From positions 192,001 through 256,000 of the forward strand of contig CAVQNG010000005.1 in NCBI GenBank assembly GCA_963713825.1: DNA of 64,000 nucleotides, given 5' to 3'. Positions 44,995 through 55,438 of the stretch are shown one piece after another; position 1 is the stretch's first letter, and every line of letters begins with the position of its first letter. The translations under genes and the position numbers were made by a program. The notes under the pieces were generated by a model that had not been told where the DNA came from, searched no databases, and saw only the letters and a program-made list of their open reading frames with translations. Origin of the DNA: an uncultured Acidobacteriota bacterium. GTDB taxonomy: Bacteria; Acidobacteriota; Thermoanaerobaculia; Multivoradales; JAHEKO01.

Positions 44995-47598
44995 ATGCGT
45001 AGTATCGCGAATAGAATTAGTCGGAGGGGTATGCGGCTCCTTGGCGCCTTGTATGGCGTCACGGCAGCGATGATCCTGATCGCTGCTGTAACGGTTCTAC
45101 CGGCCCAGGCTGCGGCGACCTCGACAACTGAGATCCAAAACCTGGCGGTACATCGGGGGTCGGGTGGGGCCCAACTCGAGGTGGCTAGCGATGGCACCCT
45201 CGTTTGGACTACCTATCGGGACGCCGATGGCCGTCTGGTTATCGAGCTGCCCAACAGCACGCCGGCAGACTCGGTCATCGACCTTTGGCCTGACGACGGC
45301 CTGCTCGAGGCCGTGGAGGTCACTACCGAGAACGGTGGTGATCGCCCCCTGACGCGTCTCACCATTCGGACGCGGGGTGCCACGGAACACTCGATTCAGG
45401 CTTCGGGGCCCGCCCTGTTGGTGGATTTCACCGCCATCGGCGAGGTCGCTGAGCGAACCTGGGACGAGCCGTCAGCAGACGACGCCGACACCCTGGCCGT
45501 GCAGTCGGTCGTGGTCGAGGAAGAGACTCTGCCAGCGGCACCGCCAGCCCCGAGAGTATCGACGGCCGAAACGCCGTTCGATGCTATTCAGGGACCGGTC
45601 GGTGAACCGATCGGCGTCGCGGCGACACAGCTCGAAGGCATCGAGGTGTCGAGTCATGACGGCGAGACCGTCGTGCGGATCGTCGGTGACGGTGGCTTCT
45701 ATTTTTCGAGCTTCAACCTCGATGCGCCCGATCGCTTCGTGGTCGACCTGCTCGGAGTCGCCAATCGGGCGCCTTCCCCCAGCATCATGGTCGAGAACCA
45801 CACGGTCGAGAGAGTGCGGATTGCCCAGTTCAAGGCGCAGCCCGACATGGTCTCCCGGGTCGTTGTGGATTTGAGAGATGCATCGGATACCCGGGTCGAG
45901 CAGATTCCGAACGGCCTGGAGCTGCGATTCGCTTCCAGCGCAGTGGCAACCATGGAGCTCCAGGAGAGCCCCATGGTCGAAGAGGCTCCCCAGGTTGCGG
46001 CTCTCGAGCCGACACCGGTCGAGCCCGAGCCTGTCGCCGTCGCGGAGCCGATCGTCGAGCCTGAGCCGGAAGGCATGGGTGCCAATGAGAACGGTACTGT
46101 CGGCGCCCATGAGCTTTCGACTCCGCCGGCTGCACTTCCTGTCGAGATCCAGCCCGAGCCGATCGCTCCCGAACCGGAGCCGGAGGTCGTCGAGCCCATC
46201 GCTGCAGCGACTCCCGAACCGGAATACCAGATTGCCGATGCGAGCCTGACCCGAGAGCCGGAACCCTCCTTTGTTAGCAGCAGCTATCAGGACGAGGTTG
46301 TCGAGGGCGGTGCGGCGCCACAAGCACAGGCCGCGCAGTCCTTTTCCAGCCAGACTGTCAGTGGCGATGCTCCGACCTACACCGGAGCGCCGATGTCCAT
46401 CAGCCTGAAGGATGGCGACATCAAAGACGTCCTGCGGTCCTTCGCTCAGATCAGCGGCTTGAACATCGTCGTGCAGCCCGGCGTCACGGGAACAGTGACC
46501 GTCGAGTTGACGGATGTTCCGTGGGACCAGGCGCTCGAAGAGATCCTCAAGATCAACGGTCTCGGCTACGTGCTCGAAGGCAACATCATGCGCGTCGCCC
46601 CGATCAAGGTCCTGGCCGACGAAGCGTCGGAGCGGCAGAGATTACGCCAGGCCAATGCGCTCTCCGTGCCGCTGAAGACCATCATGAAGCGCGTCAGCTA
46701 CGCCGAGGCGAGCACGATGGCCGGCATTCTCATGTCCGGTGGTGGTGCCAGTCTGGTGAGTCAGCGCGGTTCGGTAGTCGTCGATTCGCGGACCAACACC
46801 CTGATCATCAAAGAGCTGCCGGACTACATCGACACGGTCCTGGCGGTCATCGAGACCTTGGATGTTCCAGAGCCTCAAGTCATGATCGAGGCCAGGATCA
46901 TCGAGACCACGAAGCGATTCAATCGAACTCTGGGTATCCAGTGGGGCTTCAATGGAGTTTCGTCTCCCGCTTATGGGAACACGACCGGACTCCAGTTCCC
47001 GAACCAGGGCTCGGTCGACGGTAGTGTCAATCTGCTGACCGGTGGTAGCAACGGTCTCCTGGATATTTCCCTGGGGAACGTACTCGGGACCTTCTCGATC
47101 GACGCAACCCTGCAAGCGGCCGAGGACGAGGGGCTGATCAACATTCTGTCAGCCCCGAAGGTCGCGACCCTGAACAACGAGCAGGCCTCCATTCAGAGCG
47201 GTCTGCAGATCCCGATTCAGACGGTGGCCAACAACACAGTCAGCGTGCAGTTTGTCAACGCCACGCTGCGATTGGATGTCACTCCGCATGTCACTGCCGA
47301 GGGCACCGTGCTGATGGATATCAATATCCAGAAGCGAGAGCCTTTGCTGGCCTTCACCGTTGTGGGAGCGACGAACGCCCCCATCGCGACGAAGGACGCG
47401 CGGACCCGAGTGATCGTCCGGGACGGTGGTACAACGGTCATCGGAGGTATCTACAAGGTTACTTCGGACCAGGGTGAGGATCGAGTCCCAGGGCTCGCCA
47501 ATATTCCTGTTCTGGGTCATCTCTTCAAGAACAAGCGTCGAAGCGATGAGAACGAAGAGCTGTTGATCTTCATCACCCCAAGGGTGATCAAGCTATAG
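44995..47598 (+). CDS. pilQ: Type IV pilus secretin with two AMIN domains and a Pro/Glu-rich linker
   Basis: AMIN-like repeats, VPWDQAL, D.RTNTLI, QVMIEARI, IP.LG.LFK, ELLIFITPR. GGAGG RBS before 44995. Confidence 0.95.
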   Translation: MRSIANRISRRGMRLLGALYGVTAAMILIAAVTVLPAQAAATSTTEIQNLAVHRGSGGAQLEVASDGTLVWTTYRDADGRLVIELPNSTPADSVIDLWPDDGLLEAVEVTTENGGDRPLTRLTIRTRGATEHSIQASGPALLVDFTAIGEVAERTWDEPSADDADTLAVQSVVVEEETLPAAPPAPRVSTAETPFDAIQGPVGEPIGVAATQLEGIEVSSHDGETVVRIVGDGGFYFSSFNLDAPDRFVVDLLGVANRAPSPSIMVENHTVERVRIAQFKAQPDMVSRVVVDLRDASDTRVEQIPNGLELRFASSAVATMELQESPMVEEAPQVAALEPTPVEPEPVAVAEPIVEPEPEGMGANENGTVGAHELSTPPAALPVEIQPEPIAPEPEPEVVEPIAAATPEPEYQIADASLTREPEPSFVSSSYQDEVVEGGAAPQAQAAQSFSSQTVSGDAPTYTGAPMSISLKDGDIKDVLRSFAQISGLNIVVQPGVTGTVTVELTDVPWDQALEEILKINGLGYVLEGNIMRVAPIKVLADEASERQRLRQANALSVPLKTIMKRVSYAEASTMAGILMSGGGASLVSQRGSVVVDSRTNTLIIKELPDYIDTVLAVIETLDVPEPQVMIEARIIETTKRFNRTLGIQWGFNGVSSPAYGNTTGLQFPNQGSVDGSVNLLTGGSNGLLDISLGNVLGTFSIDATLQAAEDEGLINILSAPKVATLNNEQASIQSGLQIPIQTVANNTVSVQFVNATLRLDVTPHVTAEGTVLMDINIQKREPLLAFTVVGATNAPIATKDARTRVIVRDGGTTVIGGIYKVTSDQGEDRVPGLANIPVLGHLFKNKRRSDENEELLIFITPRVIKL

Positions 47599-47617
47599 GC
47601 TGACGGAGGAGCTGCTA

Positions 47618-48178
47618 ATGCGCCGTGTCACGAACTATTTGTTGATCCTAATCCTGGCCGTTGGCGTTGCTGGATGCGACAGCAATACGGACAGGACCGA
47701 TGGTGGTGGCGTCCTGCTCTCGGTCAGCGACTTCGACGGACTGCCGCTGTTGGCAAGTGTCAATTCGACATTGTCAACCGGCGGTCTGATTCAAATCGAG
47801 TCGTTAACCATTCAGAACATCGCCAAGAACCCGACGGGTACTACCAGCGATCTGATGAACGTCGAGATTCAGTCGTACGAGGTCCAGTACTCGCGAGCCG
47901 ATCGAGGAACGCGGGTGCCGACCCCCTACGTGCGCGGGATTTTCGGCGTGGCGCCGGTCGATGGGACCGTGGACTACGAGAACTTGCCTGTCATGAGCTC
48001 CGATCAGCTGAATACGACGCCTCTGTCGGACCTCAAGTACTCCAATGGAGGCGTCGACACAGAGACAGGGGAGCCCAAGATCGTTCTGAACTTCCAGGTC
48101 CGATTCTTCGGCCGTACACTGTCGGGTGACACCGTCGATACGCAGCCGATCTTCTTCACAATCGAGTTCATTCCTTAG
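47618..48178 (+). CDS. Hypothetical lipoprotein in the pilQ operon
   Basis: Lipobox VAGC, GGAGG RBS, starts 20 bp after pilQ. Confidence 0.75.
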   Translation: MRRVTNYLLILILAVGVAGCDSNTDRTDGGGVLLSVSDFDGLPLLASVNSTLSTGGLIQIESLTIQNIAKNPTGTTSDLMNVEIQSYEVQYSRADRGTRVPTPYVRGIFGVAPVDGTVDYENLPVMSSDQLNTTPLSDLKYSNGGVDTETGEPKIVLNFQVRFFGRTLSGDTVDTQPIFFTIEFIP

Positions 48179-48209
48179 CCCTGCGGGGCCGTAGAGCAGG
48201 AGAGTCGCC

Positions 48210-48734
48210 ATGAGTCGACTGAAAGACAGAAGGTTCCAAGGGCTGATCGTCACCGCCGTTTGCGGGCTGGCCTTGCTGGTGGCGTGTTCGACAGATTCGC
48301 CGACGGCCCCCTTGCAGGTGCCACCACCACCAACTGACGGAGGTGGTGGCGTCGGTACCGGGGAAGCCCCCTTCATTACTAGCATCTCACCCAACACTGG
48401 AACCGGGGCCGGTGGCACGACCGTCGAGATCAAGGGAATAGGTTTCTTCGCTCCGCTTCGGGTGGATTTTGACGGCGCTCTGGCAATCGTACAAAGCGTC
48501 TCCTCCAATGGCACCTCCATCAGGGTCAAGACTCCGCCCTACGGTGGAGATTACGACCTGGACGCCTGCGACTATATTGGGCTGCTGGACGGAGAACGCA
48601 ACTCGCCGACGCCGGTGGACGTCACGGTTGAGCTTTCTGCTTCCGGTGGGAGCGATTCCGTCACAGCGGGTTTCAACTACGTGCCAGTGGACACGGAGTG
48701 CTACGAGGCTGGAATCCTAGGAGTAGGAAATTAG
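48210..48734 (+). CDS. Lipoprotein with an IPT/TIG domain
   Basis: Lipobox LVAC; P.ITSISPNTG..AGGT.V.I.G.GF; AGGAG RBS. Confidence 0.82.
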   Translation: MSRLKDRRFQGLIVTAVCGLALLVACSTDSPTAPLQVPPPPTDGGGGVGTGEAPFITSISPNTGTGAGGTTVEIKGIGFFAPLRVDFDGALAIVQSVSSNGTSIRVKTPPYGGDYDLDACDYIGLLDGERNSPTPVDVTVELSASGGSDSVTAGFNYVPVDTECYEAGILGVGN

Positions 48735-48798
48735 GGCAACGGAGGCTTCTACTAGCAAGACTCGCTAGTAAGGATTCAGTTGAGTGCAGAGAGTCTCC

Positions 48799-48835
48799 GA
48801 GGCGGCTACCTAGACGGGTAGCCGCCTCTGTTCGT
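48799..48835 (+). terminator. Hairpin, probable terminator or attenuator
   Basis: 12-bp stem GAGGCGGCTACC/GGTAGCCGCCTC followed by TGTTCGT. Confidence 0.55.
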
Positions 48836-48851
48836 ATACTCCTGTGAAGCC

Positions 48852-50108
48852 ATGCGCTATTTCCTGACAGCCTGCGTGATTGTGCTCCTGATAGCCGTCG
48901 TACCTGGCTGTGACAAGGCCTCCCCGGTTGCCCCTGCCGGTACGACGATCAGTCTCAGCGTCAATCCATCTCGCATCGATATCAGCGGCACTGCCTCGAT
49001 CACGGCCATCGTCAGGCGCGACAACGGTACCGCGGTCAACCCGGGCACCGAAGTCAATTTCTCGACCTCGCTCGGATTACTGGATCCAGAGCTCGCCACG
49101 ACCGATGATGCCGGTGTGGCCCGAACCACGTTGAAGGGGGCTGGGCAGGTCGGAGTGGCCACGATCGAGGCCAGTACCGGGGCCGCAACGCCCTCGACGG
49201 TGGAGTTGCAGATCGGCTCCCTGGCTTCTTCGGCCACTCTCGTGGCCAGCCCTACCGCTATTGGACAGGGAGGTGGGACCATCGAGCTGCTGGCCGTCGT
49301 GCGCGACGATGCCGGTCAGCTGCTGAACGAGCTGGCTGTCAACTTCTCGACGACTGCGGGGACACTACAATCGCGTGGTGCGGCAATACTCACCAATCAG
49401 CTTGGCGAGGCGAGAGACCAGCTGACGGTTACCGAGCTCGACATCATCGCCCTGACAACAAACGTCATTACGGTCACTGTGTTCGCCTCCACGGACGGCG
49501 GCTCGCTCTTGGAGACCACGACGGACATCAGCGTTCGGGGTCTGATCTCCAATATCTCTCTCCAGGTCTCACCGGGCTCGGTGGCGGCATCGGGTGGCAC
49601 GCTGAAGCTGCTCGCCCTGGTGAAGGACGACGTGGGGCTGGGAGTCCAGGGGGCGGGTGTCAACTTCGTCAGCCAGGCCGGTACGCTGGCCTCGGGTGGA
49701 GGGGTTCTGCGCACCGATTCGGGTGGACAGGCCGAAGACTCCCTGACCTTGACGGTGCAAGATATCGATGCGCTCGGCAGTCGAACCTTCAAAGTCCAAG
49801 CCTTCAGTACCGACTCGACAGGGGCGCAAATTTCGGCCGAATTCACGGTCAGCGTACAGACCGGTGCACCGATTGCCGACTTCACCTTTGTGGCGACGGG
49901 GCTCTCCGTCCAGTTCAACAATCAGAGCTCAGGCGATCAACCGCTGTCCTACTTGTGGGATTTTGGCGACAGCACGACGCCCGCCAACCGGACCGAGGCC
50001 AATCCACTGCACAGCTACACCAATCCCGGCACGTTCAACGTGACGCTGGAAGTCACCAACTCGGTGGGAACGGACAGCGTCACCAAACCGGTCGTGGTTC
50101 AACAGTAG
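48852..50108 (+). CDS. Lipoprotein with three invasin-type Ig-like (Big-1) repeats and a C-terminal PKD domain
   Basis: Lipobox VPGC. Three repeats of V.F.T..G.L...T...G.A. PKD motifs P.ADF, Y.WDFGD, NP.HSY..PG.F.V.L.V.N. Confidence 0.85.
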   Translation: MRYFLTACVIVLLIAVVPGCDKASPVAPAGTTISLSVNPSRIDISGTASITAIVRRDNGTAVNPGTEVNFSTSLGLLDPELATTDDAGVARTTLKGAGQVGVATIEASTGAATPSTVELQIGSLASSATLVASPTAIGQGGGTIELLAVVRDDAGQLLNELAVNFSTTAGTLQSRGAAILTNQLGEARDQLTVTELDIIALTTNVITVTVFASTDGGSLLETTTDISVRGLISNISLQVSPGSVAASGGTLKLLALVKDDVGLGVQGAGVNFVSQAGTLASGGGVLRTDSGGQAEDSLTLTVQDIDALGSRTFKVQAFSTDSTGAQISAEFTVSVQTGAPIADFTFVATGLSVQFNNQSSGDQPLSYLWDFGDSTTPANRTEANPLHSYTNPGTFNVTLEVTNSVGTDSVTKPVVVQQ

Positions 50109-50294
50109 CTGCGCCTGCGATAGCAGACTCGAAATTCCTCGGCGGCGCCTCGCGCCGGTTCACTCCTCTGCACCCGAGCTGTCGAATCTCGGCTATAATC
50201 TGGCAGTTCCATGTCGGGTGAGAGTGCACGCACTCTCGATAGAGAGAGGCCTGTAAATCTCGCCAGTTTGCCCTCGAATCGGATGGGTCGAGCC

Positions 50295-51380
50295 ATGAGC
50301 GAATCGATCGAAGAGATGCTCCAGCGGTGGGAGGAAGAGCCCACACCACAGCTGTCCCTACAGCTGGCTGAAGAGTACCGTCGACAGGGTCGGCTCGAGG
50401 AGGGCACCACCATCCTCGAACAGGCTCTACGGCTGCATCCGAACCATGTCGCTGCCCGCGTCGCCTACGGGCGATTCCTTCTCGAGTCGGGCCAGATGGA
50501 AGATGCTGCAGCGGTTCTGGAAGCGGTGGTCGATGAAGATCCGACCCACCTGGTGGCCAACAAGCTCTTGATCGGCCTTTACCTCGAAGGCAACCGTCTC
50601 AAGGACGCCAGGGATCGTCTCGATCTCTACAAACTGCTCAACGAGAGCGATCCGGAGATCGAAATGCTCGAGGCGCAGCTGACGTCGAGCGGCTCTCCTG
50701 GAGCTCCGCCAACCTCGGTCGATGCGGGAGGGCGGGTCTTCGTGCTCGGTGGGTCGCCACCGCCACCGGATCTCCAGAGATTGGTTGCTGAGGGCGGTTC
50801 GAGAGTCGGGCTGCGGGCCCGGCCGAGGGCTCTGGCATCCGAAGGCCCTTTCGGTGATCTCTGGCAGGGTGTCGATCAGGAGGAGTACGACCACGCACTC
50901 GGAGCTGAGGGGATTTTTCCTGTCGTTGTAGCGGTGGTTGCCGAGGAGTCCGAGGCAGCTCTGGTGGTCGAAATCGAAGACGTCGAGGCGCCGGAGATCG
51001 AGCTGGTCTCGGAGCCGGAGTTGGCTGAAGAGGAGCTTGAAGAGGCGGCCGTGGAGCCCGAGCCGATCATGGAAGCGGTGGAAGATGCGCCGCTTCCAGC
51101 GATCGGAGCAACGACGACTCTGGCGAATCTCTATCTGGACCAGGGGCACTTGGACGATGCCGCGCTGGCATTCGAGGAGGTCCTGGCGAGAGAGCCGGAC
51201 AATGCGGCTGCGAGCCACGGCCTGGCCGAGACGCGCCGCAGAATGGGTGAATCCCTGGAGGCCGAGGATTCGGCGGATGGGGAAGAGGAAGACGACAGGC
51301 TGGGGGCCCGCGATCGAAAGGCTCGTGTTCTGCGTCAGTACCTCGATCGACTGAAGGCTGCCAGCGGGAGGCTGCAATAG
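50295..51380 (+). CDS. Tetratricopeptide-repeat protein with an acidic linker
   Basis: N-terminal LAEEYRR.G..EE TPRs, C-terminal T.TLA.LY..QG TPR, terminal L..YL..L helix. Confidence 0.82.
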   Translation: MSESIEEMLQRWEEEPTPQLSLQLAEEYRRQGRLEEGTTILEQALRLHPNHVAARVAYGRFLLESGQMEDAAAVLEAVVDEDPTHLVANKLLIGLYLEGNRLKDARDRLDLYKLLNESDPEIEMLEAQLTSSGSPGAPPTSVDAGGRVFVLGGSPPPPDLQRLVAEGGSRVGLRARPRALASEGPFGDLWQGVDQEEYDHALGAEGIFPVVVAVVAEESEAALVVEIEDVEAPEIELVSEPELAEEELEEAAVEPEPIMEAVEDAPLPAIGATTTLANLYLDQGHLDDAALAFEEVLAREPDNAAASHGLAETRRRMGESLEAEDSADGEEEDDRLGARDRKARVLRQYLDRLKAASGRLQ

Positions 51381-51383
51381 ATC

Positions 51384-51743
51384 ATGTTTCAGGAAAGACT
51401 GCAGAGTATCTGCGACAGCATCGATGGCGCCCTGGCAGTGTCCCTCGTCGACGCTGATGGCATTACCGTAGAAGCGATCAGCGACGGCTCCTCCCTCGAT
51501 CTGGAGGCACTTGGCGCCGAGCTTTTGGCGCAGACGCGGACAATCTCGAGGGACCACCGGGAGTTGGCGATGGGGGAGGTGCGACAGCTCTCCGTCACGA
51601 CCGACCTGTACACGGTCCTGGTGAGCGCGCTGACCGGCAACTACAGTCTGCTTCTGGTTCTCGAGGAAAAGGGCGGCAGCTATGGGAAAGCCCGTTTCGA
51701 GCTGCGGCGAGCGCAGTTGAAGCTCGAGGGTGACCTGGCCTAG
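51384..51743 (+). CDS. Roadblock/LC7 domain protein (MglC-like)
   Basis: MF.E.L..I...I.GA....L...DGI; C-terminal GKARF.LR. Confidence 0.85.
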   Translation: MFQERLQSICDSIDGALAVSLVDADGITVEAISDGSSLDLEALGAELLAQTRTISRDHRELAMGEVRQLSVTTDLYTVLVSALTGNYSLLLVLEEKGGSYGKARFELRRAQLKLEGDLA

Positions 51744-51805
51744 CCTGGCAATCGATGCCTGGTGCCCGGTCCAACGACTATCGAGTCCATAGGTGAGGAG
51801 CGTCT

Positions 51806-52306
51806 GTGCTGACTTTCGAACAGATCAAGGAGTTGATCGACCTCGTTCGAGAACGCCAACTACTGGGTGTGGAGATCGAGAGGTCGGGATTTCGATTGAA
51901 GATCGACGGCCGACCCGCCGAAGCGGTGACCGTGATTGCAGGCGACGCCCAGTCGGATAGCCGTAGCGCGGCAGGCCAGGTATCGAAGGCAATCGCGGCC
52001 GACAGCGAGTCGGCCACTCCAACGGCTGCGGAGGCGGAAGCAGCTGCCGAAGCCGAGTTGGCCGGGGTTCATGTCCTGCGGTCCCCGATCGTCGGCACGT
52101 TCTACACCGCTCCCAGTCCAGATGCCGAGCCCTACGTCAGGGCCGGTGACCGGGTCAAGCGGGGGCAGGTGCTGTGCATCGTCGAAGCGATGAAGCTGAT
52201 GAACGAGATCGAGTCCGATGAAGACGGAGTCGTCGAAAAGGCCTTCCCCAAGAACGCGCAGCCGGTGGAATTTGGTGAGCCGCTTTTCGCCATCATCCCC
52301 GATTGA
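51806..52306 (+). CDS. accB: Acetyl-CoA carboxylase biotin carboxyl carrier protein
   Basis: Motifs SPIVGTFY, EAMKLMNEI. Confidence 0.97.
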   Translation: MLTFEQIKELIDLVRERQLLGVEIERSGFRLKIDGRPAEAVTVIAGDAQSDSRSAAGQVSKAIAADSESATPTAAEAEAAAEAELAGVHVLRSPIVGTFYTAPSPDAEPYVRAGDRVKRGQVLCIVEAMKLMNEIESDEDGVVEKAFPKNAQPVEFGEPLFAIIPD

Positions 52307-52359
52307 GTTTGGATGTAGCCTCGGCATTCCAGACTTGAAAGCGCAGTCCATCCTGTTCG

Positions 52360-53724
52360 ATGTTTGAAAAAGTCCTCATTGCGAACCGCGGCGAGATCGC
52401 GCTGCGGCTGATTCAAGCGTGTCGGGAGCTGGACATTGCGACGGTGGCCGTGCACAGCACCGCGGATGAGGACTCGTTGCACGTCACCTATGCCGACGAG
52501 GCGGTCTGTATCGGGCCGCCAGCTTCCAGCGACAGCTACCTCAATGTGTCGAGCATCATCGCTGCGGCGGAGATCACCGGGGCCGATGCGGTGCATCCGG
52601 GATATGGCTTCCTGGCGGAGAATGCAGCCTTCGCGGAGGTCCTTGGCGAGTGCAACCTGAAGTGGATTGGCCCCTCACCCGACAGCATCCGGCTGATGGG
52701 AGACAAGGCGAAGGCGAGGCAGACCGCAGCGGAGGCGGGCGTCCCAGTCTTGCCTGGCAGCAAGGAGCCCCTGGCAGATGCCGCTGGCGCCGAACGAGCG
52801 GCCGGCGAGGTGGGCTACCCGGTCATCCTGAAGGCGGCTGCCGGAGGTGGTGGCCGCGGCATGAGAATTGTTCAAGAGCCCGCCGAGTTGGAGAGCCAGT
52901 TCAATACCGCCAGCGAAGAAGCTCTGAAGGCGTTCGGCGACGGCACCATCTACCTCGAGCGCTACCTCGTCGAACCGCGGCACATCGAGTTCCAGGTGCT
53001 GGGAGACAAGTACGGCAAGATCATCCATCTTGGAGAGCGGGAGTGCTCGATCCAGCGGCGCCACCAGAAGCTCATCGAAGAGGCACCTTCGCCCGTTTTG
53101 ACGCCTCTGCTGAGGGACCAGATGGGAGCTGCGGCCGTGCGACTCGCGGCAGTCGTCGGATACGAGAATGCCGGCACCGTTGAGTTCCTCCTGGACCATG
53201 ATGGCCGTTTCTATTTCATGGAGATGAACACCCGTATCCAGGTCGAGCACCCGGTCACCGAGATCGTGACGGGACAGGACCTGGTCAAGTGGCAGATCCG
53301 GCTGGCCGCTGGCGAGCGGCTGAATCTGCCCGATTCAGTGCCGGTCAGGGGACATGCCATCGAGTGTCGGATCAACGCCGAGGATCCGAAGCGGTTCACC
53401 CCGTCGCCGGGCAGAATCGAGTCGTATCACCAGCCTGGCGGGCCGGGAATCCGGGTCGATACCCATGTCTACGGTGGCTATTTCATTCCCCCTTACTACG
53501 ACTCTCTCATCGCCAAGTTGATCGCCTTCGGTGAAACTCGTGACGAAGCGATCGTTCGCATGGAGAGGGCGTTGGAGTTCTTCGTCGTCGAGGGGGTGGA
53601 GACTTCCATTCCGCTTCATCAGCGCATCATGCGAGATGCCAGGTTCCGGTCCGGCAACATCTCGACTCGATTCATGGAGCGCTTCCTGGAGGCGAGCGGC
53701 GATCGGCCGAGAGTCGAGGCGTAG
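52360..53724 (+). CDS. accC: Biotin carboxylase
   Basis: Motifs [38 protein letters not shown]. Confidence 0.97.
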   Translation: MFEKVLIANRGEIALRLIQACRELDIATVAVHSTADEDSLHVTYADEAVCIGPPASSDSYLNVSSIIAAAEITGADAVHPGYGFLAENAAFAEVLGECNLKWIGPSPDSIRLMGDKAKARQTAAEAGVPVLPGSKEPLADAAGAERAAGEVGYPVILKAAAGGGGRGMRIVQEPAELESQFNTASEEALKAFGDGTIYLERYLVEPRHIEFQVLGDKYGKIIHLGERECSIQRRHQKLIEEAPSPVLTPLLRDQMGAAAVRLAAVVGYENAGTVEFLLDHDGRFYFMEMNTRIQVEHPVTEIVTGQDLVKWQIRLAAGERLNLPDSVPVRGHAIECRINAEDPKRFTPSPGRIESYHQPGGPGIRVDTHVYGGYFIPPYYDSLIAKLIAFGETRDEAIVRMERALEFFVVEGVETSIPLHQRIMRDARFRSGNISTRFMERFLEASGDRPRVEA

Positions 53725-53795
53725 AATCTCTGTCAATAGAGCAGTGAAGGTACTTCTGCCAAGCAGCTGATCGCAAGGCTGATGGAGGGTTGCGT

Positions 53796-55244
53796 ATGAG
53801 TGCGACAGAGCAGTTCAGCTCACGCTGGGGCCTGATTCTGGCGACCCTGGGTATGGCTGTCGGCACCGGCAACATCTGGCGGTTCCCACGGATCGTTGCG
53901 ACCAACGGCGGTGGCGCTTTCCTGGTCTCCTGGGTCGTCTTTCTCTTTATCTGGTCGGTGCCCCTGATGATTGTCGAGTTCTCGTTTGGCAAGCGGGGCC
54001 GCAAGGGCACGGTGGGCAGCTTCATCACCATGGGCGGCAAGGGCGCCGGATGGATGGGCGGCTGGGTGGCCCTCTGCGCGACCTTCATCATGTTCTATTA
54101 CTCGGTCGTGGCGGGATGGTGTCTGCGCTACTTCGCGGCCGCCGTACAGGGGGGGCTTACCGGCCAGAGCTCGACGGCCTTCTGGGAAAGTTACGCCGGT
54201 AGCGGCCTGGCGTGGGTCACGAATGCCATCGCCCTGGGTCTGGCCATCGGAGTGGTCTGGTTCGGGGTGCGTGGAATCGAGCGCGTGGCCAAGGTCCTGA
54301 TCCCCACTCTGTTCGTCCTGGTCTTGATGCTGGCCATCCGAGCGGTGACCCTGCCTGGGGCGACCGCTGGCCTCGAGTTTCTGTTCCGACCGGACTGGAG
54401 CGCCCTCGGAGACGTCAGGATCTGGCTCCAAGCGCTGACGCAGAATGCCTGGGACACAGGCGCCGGGTGGGGCTTGATTCTGACCTTTGCCGTCTATATG
54501 AAGTCGCGGGAGGACATTCCGCTGAACGCCTTCCTCATCGGCTTCGGCAACAACAGCGTGTCACTGCTGGCCGGCATCATGGTCCTGTGCACGGTCTTCG
54601 CGATCAATCCCGGCGCCCGCAGCGAGATCGTCGGCGCCGGCAACGAGGGGCTGACCTTCATCTGGATGCCGCAGCTGTTTGCGCAGATGCCAGGTGGCCA
54701 GTTCTTCATGATCTTCTTCTTCCTGGCCTTGTCGTTCGCGGCCCTCACCAGCCTCATATCGATGGTCGAGCTCCTGACTCGCAACCTCATGGATGCTGGC
54801 ATGAGGAGACGCAAGGCCGTCGGTATCGTCGCTCTATTGGCTCTCGCATTCAGCACGCCGTCGGCGTTGTCATTGAGCTTTCTCCACAACCAGGATTGGG
54901 TATGGGGAGTAGGTCTGGTGCTGTCAGGCCTCTTGTATGCCGTGGCGGCACGCCGATTCGGGGTCGAACGACTACGGCGGGAGGTTGTCAACGCGGACGG
55001 CTGCGACCTGCCTGTCGGTAGCTGGTGGACCTTCATCGTGTCTGTCGTCGTACCCATCGAAGCCGTCGTGCTGATGATCTGGTTCCTCTGGGAGGCCAGG
55101 GGAGCGGATCCTGAACACTGGCTCGACCCGTTCAAGTCGGGCTCCGTGGGTACGGTTCTGGCGCAGTGGGCGATCGTTCTGGTGGCGCTGCTGGTACTCA
55201 ATCGTTGGTTGGGCCGCCGAGTCGGTGCCGAGGGTGCCTCGTGA
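53796..55244 (+). CDS. Sodium-dependent transporter (NSS/SNF family)
   Basis: GMAVGTGNIWRFP motif, NGGGAFL, and many TM helices. Confidence 0.93.
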   Translation: MSATEQFSSRWGLILATLGMAVGTGNIWRFPRIVATNGGGAFLVSWVVFLFIWSVPLMIVEFSFGKRGRKGTVGSFITMGGKGAGWMGGWVALCATFIMFYYSVVAGWCLRYFAAAVQGGLTGQSSTAFWESYAGSGLAWVTNAIALGLAIGVVWFGVRGIERVAKVLIPTLFVLVLMLAIRAVTLPGATAGLEFLFRPDWSALGDVRIWLQALTQNAWDTGAGWGLILTFAVYMKSREDIPLNAFLIGFGNNSVSLLAGIMVLCTVFAINPGARSEIVGAGNEGLTFIWMPQLFAQMPGGQFFMIFFFLALSFAALTSLISMVELLTRNLMDAGMRRRKAVGIVALLALAFSTPSALSLSFLHNQDWVWGVGLVLSGLLYAVAARRFGVERLRREVVNADGCDLPVGSWWTFIVSVVVPIEAVVLMIWFLWEARGADPEHWLDPFKSGSVGTVLAQWAIVLVALLVLNRWLGRRVGAEGAS

Positions 55245-55287
55245 CGACTGGTCGGAGTCGGCGAACGAGCTGCGGGGAGAACAGACT

Positions 55288-55416
55288 ATGAGTACTTCGG
55301 CAATCGTCATGATGGTCCTGATCTGCGGCGTCGTCTGGGGTGGGTTCGTCTATTTCTTGACTCGTGCGATGCGAAGCGAGGGTAGGAAGCAGACAGCAGC
55401 CCGAGCGGACGACTGA
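55288..55416 (+). CDS. Small single-TM subunit of the NSS transporter (MetS-like)
   Basis: MSTSAIVMMVLICGVVWGGF pattern, GGGGAG RBS, directly after the NSS gene. Confidence 0.8.
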   Translation: MSTSAIVMMVLICGVVWGGFVYFLTRAMRSEGRKQTAARADD

Positions 55417-55438
55417 GTCGCCGTTGAGAGATCATCGC

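Noticed and set aside
45940-46360. Repetitive GAGCC(C/G/T)GAG tract in pilQ
   Set aside because: It reflects the Pro/Glu-rich (EP)n linker coding and is not an independent DNA repeat.
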